Shown: one piece after another, positions 47,069-57,888 of the stretch
How the letters are laid out: the number at the start of each line of letters is the position of its first letter
How positions within the stretch are numbered: position 1 is the first letter of the stretch
Translations under genes and position numbers: made by a program
NCBI GenBank assembly: GCA_024704765.1
Contig: JAKMXF010000318.1
Span: 124,001-188,000 of the forward strand
Reading direction: 5' to 3'
DNA: 64,000 nt
Origin: Oopsacas minuta
Taxonomy: Eukaryota; Animalia; Porifera
Notes under the pieces: model-generated
What the model was told of the DNA's origin: nothing
The model's database searches: none
The model's input: the letters and a program-made list of their open reading frames with translations, nothing else

Positions 47069-49321
47069 ATGCAAACTTTCTATATATTTCTTGTTCTCTT
47101 GCTGGACATTTTAACGGTGAATTGCCACCCACAATGTTTAGATTATCTCCCACCATTCAGCCCTGACCACCCCACTTTCTGTGCAAATGATTATCCAACT
47201 TTATCATGTTGCACTCAGAGACAGGAGTACGAACTCGCTTTCAGATTCTGGACCAAAATATGGAAACTAAATAGAATTGAAAGAGGTGTATGTAGTGAAT
47301 ACATACGTAAAGCACTCTGTACAGAATGTTCACCATATTCTGCTCATATCTATGATGCTGAGGGTGTATCAGCAGCTCAGCAGTCCCCTGGTTTATGTCC
47401 ACTATTCTGTACGGCATTATATAGGTATAATTGCTCAGACGTCATCCTAGAATTGTTTGGTATTCAAAAACGTGAGTATACAAGCGCGGAGGATTTCTGT
47501 AGTGATTTTGCTATTAGTGACAGTGATTACTGTTACCCTGGAGTGTTAGAAATTTCTACTGATGTAACATCTGGTATAAAAACTCCTGTAGATGATGGTG
47601 ATCCTGATAGAGATAATTGTCTGTGTGTTAGAGAGATCATATCTTCATTGAGAAATCCTATTGCATTAGTAGCAGCGTATGATGGTACACATCGTATGTT
47701 TGTAGCTGAACAATTAGGAATAGTGCATGTTATATTGCCGGATGGAACAAAGCTGGCAGAACCATTTTTGGATATTTCATCTCGAGTACTTGTCAGTTCT
47801 TATAAAGGAGATGAGAGAGGTTTTCTGGGTATTGCTTTCCATCCTCTTTTCAAAAAAAACAGAAGAGTTTATGTGTACTATTCAGTGTCTAATACAGATA
47901 ATCAAGTAGATGAATACGGCAGACGAGCCAGTCATGTCAGCCGTCTCTCCCAGTTCACTCTATCGACAACAGATCCTAATAGGTTAGATGAATCAAGTGA
48001 AGAGATCATTCTAGAACTCCCAGAGCCTAGATCAAATCACAACGGGGGATCACTGTTTTTCGACCTGGACAACTATCTTTATCTTAGTTTGGGAGATGGT
48101 GGAGGAAGGGGTGATGATTTTGGATCAATTGGTAACGGACAAAACACCACTAATATCCATGGTACAATGGTACGGATAGATGTGGATGATATCAGTACAA
48201 GGAGAGAAGGCTTTATGTATGGCATACCACCATCAAATCCGTTCATTAATTCTGATTTTTCTGAAGTGAGACATGAGATATTTGCATACGGATTCAGGAA
48301 TATATGGCGTTGTAGTTTAGACCGAGGAGATAGTGAAACGAATGCAGGACAGGGGAGAATTCTATGTGGAGATGTAGGACAAGGACGGTATGAAGAAGTT
48401 GACCTCGTTAAGAAGGGAAAAAATTACGGTTGGAGGGTAATGGAAGGCAACACATGTTATCAAGATTGTAATTCAGAAAATGATGACTTTGAACCTCCCA
48501 TTATAGTGTATGCACACAGTGAAGGTAAATCTGTAATCGGTGGAAAAGTGTACAGAGGTTGTCTCTTCCCTAGATTGAAAGGAAAATATATTTTCGGTGA
48601 TTATACGAGCGGAACTCTTTTCTACGGGATTGAGAATGAAAGCACAGGCCACTGGAGTAAGGAAGATATATGTTTGGCAGCTGATTCAAGCTGTTTAGGT
48701 GGTGGTAATTCAAATTCTTATAAAACTGGGATACTATCGTTTGGTGAAAGTGAATCAGGTGAAATTTATTTCCTCTCAACTTCTAATCCATCTTCTACTG
48801 CCAAATCTGGATCAATCTACCAACTAGTTGATCCTACATCGAGAGAAGAGTGTGACTTTTCGGTAAAACAACCGAAATTAATCTCAAGTCCTTCTAATTG
48901 GGAGCATTCGAATCTGTGTAGAGGTTGTGGATCAACTACTTTAACAAGCACGAATATTTGCAATATTATTGATGATTTTGTAATAATTGTTAGTTTCATC
49001 AGTAGAGGTAAAGATCCATTTACATCTGAGGTATATTGGCTTGTCGAAGTTAACGATATTATGTTATTACTGGATAGATCCTTGCACACAAATGGAGACG
49101 TGATTGAACTGTGGGAATCAAATACTAGTGTGCTTTGTCGTTGTATAAGTTCAAAGGTCAATGATATTGTTACAGAGAGGCCAAAGCTGGATACTCAGTA
49201 TATTGTGAGTGGGCGTGTTAAAGGCAATGCTCTTTACGTGTACCGAGGTACTCTGGTATTGGAAATGAATGATGATAGACAAAATGTACTGGATGAGTAC
49301 TTTAACAGTTGTTTTACATAA
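47069..49321 (+). CDS. HHIPL: Intronless HHIP-like protein (folate-receptor/CRD-like domain + GSDH-type beta-propeller + putative NTR domain), 750 aa
   Basis: A signal peptide precedes HPQCLDYLPPF and CSPYSAHIYDAE. Propeller motifs include LRNP, RMFVAEQLG, DERGFLGIAFHP, NHNGG, GDGG, AYGFRNIWRCSLDRGD, GDVGQGRYEEVD and NYGWR. Confidence 0.9.
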   Translation: MQTFYIFLVLLLDILTVNCHPQCLDYLPPFSPDHPTFCANDYPTLSCCTQRQEYELAFRFWTKIWKLNRIERGVCSEYIRKALCTECSPYSAHIYDAEGVSAAQQSPGLCPLFCTALYRYNCSDVILELFGIQKREYTSAEDFCSDFAISDSDYCYPGVLEISTDVTSGIKTPVDDGDPDRDNCLCVREIISSLRNPIALVAAYDGTHRMFVAEQLGIVHVILPDGTKLAEPFLDISSRVLVSSYKGDERGFLGIAFHPLFKKNRRVYVYYSVSNTDNQVDEYGRRASHVSRLSQFTLSTTDPNRLDESSEEIILELPEPRSNHNGGSLFFDLDNYLYLSLGDGGGRGDDFGSIGNGQNTTNIHGTMVRIDVDDISTRREGFMYGIPPSNPFINSDFSEVRHEIFAYGFRNIWRCSLDRGDSETNAGQGRILCGDVGQGRYEEVDLVKKGKNYGWRVMEGNTCYQDCNSENDDFEPPIIVYAHSEGKSVIGGKVYRGCLFPRLKGKYIFGDYTSGTLFYGIENESTGHWSKEDICLAADSSCLGGGNSNSYKTGILSFGESESGEIYFLSTSNPSSTAKSGSIYQLVDPTSREECDFSVKQPKLISSPSNWEHSNLCRGCGSTTLTSTNICNIIDDFVIIVSFISRGKDPFTSEVYWLVEVNDIMLLLDRSLHTNGDVIELWESNTSVLCRCISSKVNDIVTERPKLDTQYIVSGRVKGNALYVYRGTLVLEMNDDRQNVLDEYFNSCFT

Positions 49322-49649
49322 CACTGTAAATATTGTGTATTATTGTTCTGTTCATTTTATGCTATCAAGAAGTTTATTTGCTAGTTTATTCTGAGATATT
49401 TAATCAATTCACAATTCTTAGCAATATCAAGGGTATTTGTATGAATTCCTTTGCCATTAGAGGATTTTTACAATATACATTTAACCTTAATTCCCTGTAA
49501 CAACTTGATAACGTTACGCTAGGTAACAAATTATTTGGAAATCTGATCCTTAATTGAGCTCACTAGTTCAAATATACACTAGCTGTTATTTACAGCTGGT
49601 GTATATTGGCCTTATAGCAGGTAGATTTTCTAATTAGTAGCAATATATT

Positions 49650-50805
49650 ATGGCTAGTAGGATAGAACCAATTCAGTCTGCTCCAATTGAAAATTCAACA
49701 TTAATAGAATCTAGTGAAGGTGATGACGACACAGATCTCAATACAGAGGGCATAATAACCTCGTTACCTCAGAAGAAGTATTATAGACAGAGAGCACATG
49801 TTAATCCTCTATCAATACAGAATCTATTACCACCTGTCTGTCCGTCTGTTATGAAATGGAGTGAACACTATCCGGATATTGGACCCAATTGTGTTGAGTT
49901 TTTAGATATAGGTTGTGGATATGGAGGATTATTGATATCGCTATCTACTTTGTTCGCAGATAAATACATACTAGGTAATACATTGTTTCTAATCATTTTT
50001 ACACAGAAATTAGAGCTTGAATTTCATCGAAACTTTGTTACTATTATCTCTATTAGGGATCGAAATACGTATAAAAGTCATGGATTATGTCAATGATCGG
50101 ATAAAATCACTGCGCTTAACAAATGCGAATCAATATTTAAATATTTCTGTATTGAGGACAAATGCTATGAAATATCTACCGAATTATTTCAATAAAGCAC
50201 AACTAACTAAGCTATTCTTCCTATACCCGGATCCTCATTTTAAGAAGAGCAAACATAAATGGAGGATTATAAGTCCAAGTTTGTTAGCAGAATATGCGTA
50301 TATCTTACAGATAGGCGGTGTCCTATACACTGCTACTGATGTACTCGAGGTATGTAATTATTAGACAACCAATTTATTTCTATACCCTGTGACATTAAAT
50401 GATTATAGGGGGGAGTTAGGTGAGCCAACACAACAGTGTGCTGTTTACTAGTCAGCGCATATCGGCAGTTGGCTATAAAATAAGCTGGGCTCGCCCTGGT
50501 GCTATGCACGAGGGTCCCCCCATGCTGCATATTAAGTTTTTAGTTTTTACGTGCAGGCTTTTCAATGATATTGTGGGGCGATAGTAAAATCACTTCCTAT
50601 TAACATACAGGTTCATGAGTGGATGAAGAAGCATATAACAGATCATTCTCTTTTCACACCAATGACCTCAGAAGAGCTTTCCAGCGACTCATGTATTCCC
50701 CTGCTAACTACTTCCACTGAGGAAGCGGCGAAGGTTACCAGAAATGGAGGACAACATTATATTGCTTGTTTTAAGAGAATTCATGATCCATATGTGAAAT
50801 ATTAG
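49650..50805 (+). CDS. METTL1: tRNA (guanine-N7)-methyltransferase catalytic subunit (3 exons)
   Basis: Exons 49650-49974, 50057-50349, 50611-50805. Motifs: [27 protein letters not shown]|[35 protein letters not shown]|VHEWM. Confidence 0.95.
50408..50533 (+). ncRNA. Candidate structured intronic RNA (box H/ACA-like hairpin-hinge-hairpin) in METTL1 intron 2
   Basis: A GC-rich island in an AT-rich intron. It shows an AGCCAAC/GTTGGCT lower stem, an internal loop, a GTGCTG/CAGCGC upper stem, then ATAAAA (ANANNA) at 50475-50480, then a second hairpin followed by ATA rather than ACA. Confidence 0.45.
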
Positions 50806-50868
50806 ATATATGCATTTTAGAAGCAGTTTGTTAAGGGAAATTTACTTATCCCTGCACTGAGATATCTA

Positions 50869-50979
50869 TAGTCAACTACCGTAATATCGAACACAGATAT
50901 ATAGAAATACCCGCTTATATCAAAGTCTAAAATTGTACAAATATGGTCCCTCGAGCTTCGATATAACGGAGGTTGGCTG
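50869..50979. mobile_element. MITE family A copy between METTL1 and the PLCXD-like gene
   Basis: TA-TAGTCAACTACCGTAATATCGAA...TTCGATATAACGGAGGTTGGCTG-TA. Confidence 0.85.
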
Positions 50980-51026
50980 TATTTACAATTTTATGTATTT
51001 ATTACAAGAAATTAGAAAATAGATTA

Positions 51027-52681
51027 ATGTCGATGGAACACAGTGAAAACATATCACCACATGGTGCACCTCCTAACAACATCCCTACATCAGTATATCC
51101 CATCCCGCCTAAATTTCCTCCTACCCTTCCTCAATCGCGTACTAATGAATCTACATACTCAAACCTCTCGACAAGCAGTTTTATGAATTCCAGGCAATTT
51201 TCAGTACATCCGCAACCACCACCAACACCGCAGCATGCATATAACTTGGCATCTGGTCAATCACAGACTCCAAATACTGCAATTATTTCAACAGCTCAAT
51301 ACCAACAAATCTACTACCCGGCTACAATACCTGGTAAAGGAATTTCTGAAAATCCACAAACCTTCAATCCTCAAAATCCTAGTAAGAACAAATTTATTAT
51401 TATTATTATTTAATATATATAATTTATTTTGATAAAATTTTACTATTTATAGTTGTTCTCATGCAAACGCCACAACCAGTATCTGTATCACAACCACAAG
51501 CCAACACAGGAATGCAGCCACCTATCACATATGGTGGCAAACAAAAACCATTACAAGCTATCAATTGGATGTCAGAAACTCATATACCACTCAAAGATCT
51601 ACATATTCTAGGTTTATTACAAATTTCTATATACTTATAACATTCGAAAAATTTTTTGTTTTTTTAAAGGTACCAATAATTCGGGATTTTTTATGGGTAG
51701 GGAGCGAACACAGCGTGTGGACATTGCTGAACAACTCAGAATTGGTATCCGTTTAATCGATCTAATGATAGTACAATATAGTGATGAGATTTATATAGAC
51801 CAGTATGAACACATATATGAGTTATGTTGCCCCTATATTACACTCTCTGAAACTCTATTGAATATTCAGTTATTCCTGAAACGATATCCAAACGAAGTTG
51901 TCTTCATAAGCCTTCGCTGTAAAAATCCAAATACTGCAAACAAAAATATGGAAGAAGAACCTGATAAAATTGACGCAGAGCTTTTAGAAGCTAAGTTTGA
52001 TGAAATCAAGGATTTTATCTTGAATATTGAAGAAATTAACTTAGAAATGACTGCGAGTAAGTTGTGAATATCATACTTTACTCGTTTAGCAATTGTTTAT
52101 ATTTACTTCAATTTGACAGAAATTTTAACAACTTCAACAAAGAAAAATATAATCTGCTTCGCAAGTAGCTCTCCTTGTTTTCAATTCTTATTGGAAAAGA
52201 AACTATCTCTAAATGGATATCAGCTGGAAGCGACTATGATACTAGACTATGATATTACAACAGCCTTAGAAAAAATGTGGAGTGAACAAGTAAGTAGAAT
52301 ATAATCGTTAAAATATAGTGTAACCTCCAAAACGGGGCCTGTGAAATCGGAGACCTTGGAGATGGAGTAGCATTTTCGCGGTCCCTGACACCCCGTTTGT
52401 GAAGGTTACACTCTCTCTCTCTATATATATATGTATATATGACATTTTTCTATTAGAAAAGCATTACATACAATCCTGATCCTTATAAGCAAGCCTATTC
52501 TTGGCTTATAATCGACGCAACCACAGCTGAAAATGATGCAATTGTCCTAAAAGAATTTTGGGAAATCTACAATAAAGAAAATGCACTTGTTCCTTTCTAT
52601 TTCTTTTCTCTCTGTAAAGTTACAGATAAAACTTGGAAGGATTTAATAGAGCTAATGTTATCAGTACAAGGAGCTCAGTGA
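51027..52681 (+). CDS. PI-PLC X domain (PLCXD-like) protein with Pro/Gln-rich N-terminus, probably catalytically inactive (5 exons, 431 aa)
   Basis: Exons 51027-51381, 51453-51611, 51670-52056, 52120-52289, 52457-52681 sum to 1,296 nt. NWMS...IPLKDLHIL|GTNNSG...TQ..DIAEQL..GIRLIDL and FL..YPNEVVFI fit the X-domain pattern. Confidence 0.7.
52316..52413. mobile_element. MITE family B copy (TIR CAGTGTAACCTCC..AAACGG) in PLCXD-like intron 4
   Basis: TA-TAGTGTAACCTCCAAAACGGGG...CCCCGTTTGTGAAGGTTACACT, followed by a (CT)n(TA)n microsatellite. Confidence 0.8.
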
Positions 52682-52904
52682 AGAATTCAATTGATTTATA
52701 AGCTCTGTTGATTATATTGTATATACAGAAAGGTGTATTTCATATGATCTCCTTTTTAATAGCATTATGTATATTGGTTTTCTGAATGTTTTACCCATTT
52801 ATTTGATGATTGAGTAATAACCAAAGTATTTACGAGTTTATTATTTCACCGTTTTACCATATATTTTTATAGCTAGCTTTGCCATAAGCTTTAGCTTGTG
52901 AAAG

Positions 52905-54179
52905 ATGTCTATTGAATCTCCAGCATATGACAAGCTTGTAGGAAGATTATCGAATGTACACTCTCCTCAACTACCAATGGCTAGCCTACAATCTACTATC
53001 AACGGTAAAAGAGTACAGGCAACTCCCTGTTATATCGAACACGGATACATATAACGAAGTAATTATCGCGGTCCCTTAAGCTTAGATATAACGAGAGTTG
53101 ACCGTGTGTATACTATAATTATCCCTAACACAAATGTACTATTATAATTATTACCAAACACCAATGCATAGATGATGAAATTTCAGAATCAACAAAGCTT
53201 AATGAAGAAGAATTAAGCGATGGTCGTAGAGGTAGATCAAAGGCCCGTAATAAGAACCCAGCATCTCGGATACCAAGACCCTCATCCTTCCTATTCAAGG
53301 GTACAGGTAAGAAATCGAAAGGTCACAGGATGTCTAGACGATATGAGAATGCTATGTATCTTGCTACATACGTGGCAGAGACTGAAGAGGATTTCTATAA
53401 CTTTGATGTTATACCAGAACATAATAATGCGTTCACGCGTTTATTGCATGATCCTAAACAGCTTCAAGTCAGTAGTAAAGCTTTCTATACTTTCTTTCGT
53501 ATTTTTATTTGTAATAATTCTAAATTTAGGTTTGGCAAGAATTCCTGGAATTGACTGGAGACGAACAAGATAGAATAATATTTACAGAGGTAGAGTCTTG
53601 TACACAAGAAGAGGTACATTCCAAGGTGCCAGAAACCGCGAGTATTAGGGCAACAGCTGATAAAAACAAGGTAGAAGTGATGAATATGAAAAGTGAGAAA
53701 AATAATCAAGAATCAGTGGTAGTAGCTAAAGAAATCGGTTATCTTCTGAAAAGACACAATCCACCTCTTGTAAGCTAAACACCTAGGAATAAATTTGAAT
53801 ATTCTCTTAACCTTGTCGCAAATCAACCTTTATATCAGGTGGTACCAACCTGGGGTCTATGAACCCCCCTTGGTGCTCCACATACGATAGCAGGGAGTCC
53901 ACTGGATCTCAAATTGGTATTTCAGTCTATGGGAGGGGACCAGATGCCTATATCATTTTATTAATGTATATTATAGGATACACTGAAATGCATTGAAGAT
54001 GAACTTAGAGATTTGTTCTCCCAAGACAGTAATACTGTACTAGTTTACATGGAAACCAGCAGGTGAGATATGAATTTACTGAATTAATTGTACACTTTAA
54101 TACATTACCAATCATAGTTTAATTAATTGCAATAAATGTCAAATGTAGACAACAGCTGGGATTACATACAACAGTGTAA
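52905..54179 (+). CDS. R3HDM4: R3HDM4-like protein (R3H-associated N-terminal domain); last exon uncertain
   Basis: Exons 52905-53004, 53172-53467, 53530-53769, 53977-54062, and a tentative 54149-54179. SRRYENAMYL...AFTRLL...|VWQEFLELTGDEQDRI resembles the R3H-associated motif (RLEN..YL...VWNDF...GEEQER). I could not recognise a clear R3H motif in the last exon. Confidence 0.6.
53016..53104. mobile_element. MITE family A copy in R3HDM4-like intron 1
   Basis: TA-CAGGCAACTCCCTGTTATATCGAA...GATATAACGAGAGTTGACCG. Confidence 0.8.
53836..53945. mobile_element. Partial hAT-like MITE (family C) in R3HDM4-like intron 3
   Basis: CAGGTGGTACCAACCTGGGGTC...GTCCACTGGATCTCAAA shares sequence blocks with 43405-43476. 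There is no clear right TIR. Confidence 0.5.
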
Positions 54180-54228
54180 GAAAAATAGAATAAGTGACGT
54201 CATAATAAATTGAATTCTCAAGTGATTA

Positions 54229-55148
54229 TTAGTTACATATTTGGTTTAGTTTATCAACACAATTACTGAATTCCCAAAGTTTTACTGTTTTATCTGTTGA
54301 AGAACTTACCATGTACTCCGCTTCTGGTGAGAAGCGACATTGTATTATTTTCTGTGGGAATTTCGCGATTTGGTGACTGATACCGAGATCAGGGTAGGTG
54401 AGTTTAATTTCACCGTCATAGCTTCCGGTTAATAAGGTGTCATTAGTCGCAGGTTTGAATCGAACTGAGCGTACATCTTTTCGGTGAATCTAAATAATCG
54501 AATGTCAGCTAAATCCCTTCATATCGCTGCCACGGACACGTATATCCAAATACCCGCTTATATTGAAGTCAGAAATTGTATAAATTCGGTCCCAAACCTT
54601 CAAGGTAACATGAATATGATCGGTCATATCGAGGAAATTATCGATTATTGAGTTCCCTTGAACTTCGATTTATCGGGAGCTGGCTGTAATAATATTCCGA
54701 TAAAGTTACTTACTTTATTTGAATAGAAACATATCGTATTTCTTCTATCATATATCTGAAGACTACCATCTTCACAGCTAGCTGCTATTCTCAGTTCTTT
54801 TTTGTCAATACAAACTGAGGAAGGAGGAGATAGACATCTAACCTTCCATACACACTCACTTGACCTAATATCCCATATCCTAACGTGTTCATCTTGTGAT
54901 GCTGTTACCAATTCATTTTCTGAACAGCTGTACACTTCATTGATTTGTCCCACGTGTGATAATGACGTCACTACTGCTGTAGGTTTGTTGACGTCTACTA
55001 GTCGTACCTGACTGTCTCCCGCTCCTCCACTAGCCAGTAGCTTCTCATTCAGGAATGCTAAGGCCCTCACTGTACCTGTATACAAACGTTAAATATTCGT
55101 TATAACAGGCGTGTTATGACGAAAATGGAAACAGGTTATCCATTAAAG

Positions 55149-55179
<31 letters not shown>

Positions 55180-57888
55180 AAAACAGGCGAACTTCTTGAC
55201 ATCAAAACAATCGGGAATATATACAAATAATATATTTCTTACCTGAGTGTACTCTGATCTCCGGGGGGTCTCCCCATTGTGATATATCCTGTAGTGCCGT
55301 GTCTGTAGACATACTCAGTACACGAATAGATTGGTCATTACTCGCTGAAGCTAGCAAACTTCCTAACGGACTCCATTCTACACAGTATAAACTGCCTTTA
55401 TGATAGTTTGTGAATGTTTTGAATGGAAGAAGTAATTTTTCTGTGTCAATTTCTGTATTTTTTACATGTCCATTGTATTGACATAAATAGAGACATTTTG
55501 AATTAGCTCCCACTGCTAATATTTTCTGTGTGGGGTGGAAACTTACTGAGCGAACTACCTAAATTATATCATGTTAAATTTCGCGATTTATCAGCATTTT
55601 AAATTCGTTACCTGTGTGTCTTTAAGTTCACCGATCATCTGTACGTGAGGGGGCTCAAATTTAGGAGATTTTGCCCGGATTTTAGTTTCACTTTCTTCAG
55701 AAACAATTAATTTATAACACTTTTTCTCTACCAAAGGCGTAGAGATTTTCTCTTCCGTTTCATTCGAATCCAAATTTTGAAATATTTCAATCATATTTTT
55801 CATTTCTATTAACATTAATTAAAGTATAGAGAATATTTTTATTGAATCAAAAACTAACCTCTCTGCATTTCAACCTCGACAGTACCAGCTTCAGGCTTAT
55901 TCTCTGATAATATTTTCTTATCTTTATTCGCTTCACGGTCTCTACCTAGACCTACCATCCATTGTACTGCTTTAGGTATACTGCTTACATCTGCTATCTT
56001 AGCACTATGATGTCTAGTTTTTACACATTCATTAGTTCCTTCTAAATCTAATTTCCGTACTATTGGTCGTTGTTGACGAGAAGTATTCAATGCTAGAAAT
56101 AAACAATAAAAGTATGAAAATTGTATTATTTATCCAGAATGTGTGTTAACCGTAGTAATTCTAATTTTATGGTATTGGGAATATTCTTTTGACGTATTTC
56201 GTAATTTTTACAAGAGTTTTAGGCTATATTTTGTTGTCTTACATTGACTGTGTTTGTGTTGATTCCTAATAGCTTGTTTATTGTCAGATTTTAGAATAGG
56301 CTGTATAGGAGATTCATCTGGCATTGGTGTTAATACAATCCTAGCTTTATCAGGCTTAGGTGTAGATGAATCACATCCCGGTGTTGGAATGTTCCTCTTG
56401 GTATTTGAGTCAGTTTGTGGTGTAGATAAGATCTGTAGTTTTACTTCTTCTGGTGTACTTTTACCTACTTTATGAAATGTTATTAGGAATAATTTATATC
56501 AGTGTAACTTCCATAAACGGAGTGCCAGGATCGCCGAATTGCTGTTTGTGGAGGTTCGTGGGAGTAGGAATTCGTTTAGATTAGTTTTCACAGGCCTCAT
56601 TCGTTGAGGTTACACTGTACATTGTACACAATATAAAGAACTTTAATTATTTACCTGCGTTTTGCTCTGTAACACTATCAGGGATACTACTTCTACTCTG
56701 TGATATTCTGCTGTTGAGGCGAGGCTTGTTCTCGTCTTCTAAGTTCTGTGTTATAACTGATTGAGCAATAACATCTGTGTTAGCTACATACATTCAAATA
56801 TATATATTCACTCGATCAGCTGTTTTGTATTTATATTTGAACTTACCATTCCAATCTTTTCCAATTTCTTGTTTGATTTTCAGAGTTATTTCCTCATCCG
56901 TAAATCCATTCGGTCTTTCTTTTGGCTCTCTCAACAAATCTGAGAATATTTGATTATCTTCTACATCACAATCTTTTCCAGATACAGATACATTATCTAA
57001 TTTCCCTTCACCCTTAATGGTAGACAAACTCATGATAGGTGATAATACAACTCCCTTTGTGTTGTGTATATTATTGGTCTCTTCTTCACATACTATATCT
57101 AATAATTTTAATGGTTGCGTATCTTCCTGTAATCTTGGTAGCATGCTTGATATATCTATCATCTTATTTGTACTGATTTTTGTATTATTCAAAAGAGATT
57201 TCTCACATTTCTCATAGAATAATCCCTTAGCTGTAAGTTGGATGAGTCTACCTTTAATTTCCTTCTTCATATCACACTCAGGTTGACTACCCAAGCTACT
57301 GGATTCGCTATCAATATCCTCTCCTTTATATCCGATCACCTTACTAATTGCTTGCATTATTTCATCTGCTAGTTGTAGACGTGCACTAGGGATTGACCAG
57401 TTCTTGAATTCTTGCTGTAACGCTGTTTCAGGCAGGGTTAATAGCAGGCTTAACTTACGATGTTCTTCTTCAGAAATCCCCTGTACAGATAACTGTTGTA
57501 ACATTAAAACTAGTCTCTTATAATACTCTACTAATTCAAATGTGTTTTTACTATCAACTGGCGTTCCTCGTAACTGCTCAAGAAATTCTTGTTTGCATAC
57601 TTTCATTTTTATTTCTGCTATACTTACTCCCTTGACTCCCTCTAGGGGTGATAGGAATTTGAATATTGGGTGCCATTGTCCTCTGACAGCCATATCTCTG
57701 AGACAATACATTTCTACTGATAACGGCTCTGCTGTTAATCCTGATTCTTGTTCCAAAGCTCGCATCGAATGTACTAACCCAATTTCCTGTAGGAATTGTA
57801 TTACCGCACGTATTAGTTCGCTTTGTTCCACCACGACATGTGACTGTATTCGCCCTTCATTTTCAACAATCCTAAATTCATCGGACAT
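54229..57888 (-). CDS. WDR47: WD repeat-containing protein 47 (LisH-CTLH + C-terminal WD40), multi-exon
   Basis: The N-terminus EQSELIRAVIQFLQEIG...ALEQESG...GQWHPIFKFLSPLE is LisH/CTLH. The C-terminal WD40 region has YHKGSLYCVEWSPLGSLLASASND, HSG|TVRALAF and LLTGSYDGEIK. The last exon is 54489-54229 (KIIQCRF...SSSTDKTVKLW). Internal exons were not all delimited. Confidence 0.9.
54506..54686. mobile_element. MITE family A copy in the last WDR47 intron
   Basis: The internal sequence (ATACCCGCTTATAT, GGTCCC, CATATCGAGGAAATTATCG) aligns by eye with the 27143 copy. The right end is TTCGATTTATCGGGAGCTGGCTG-TA. Confidence 0.75.
55152..55179. repeat. (TATC)7 microsatellite in a WDR47 intron
   Basis: Read directly from the sequence. 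Confidence 0.95.
56500..56617. mobile_element. MITE family B copy in a WDR47 intron (opposite orientation to the 52316 copy)
   Basis: CAGTGTAACTTCCATAAACGG...TTTCACAGGCC...GAGGTTACACTG-TA. Confidence 0.8.
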
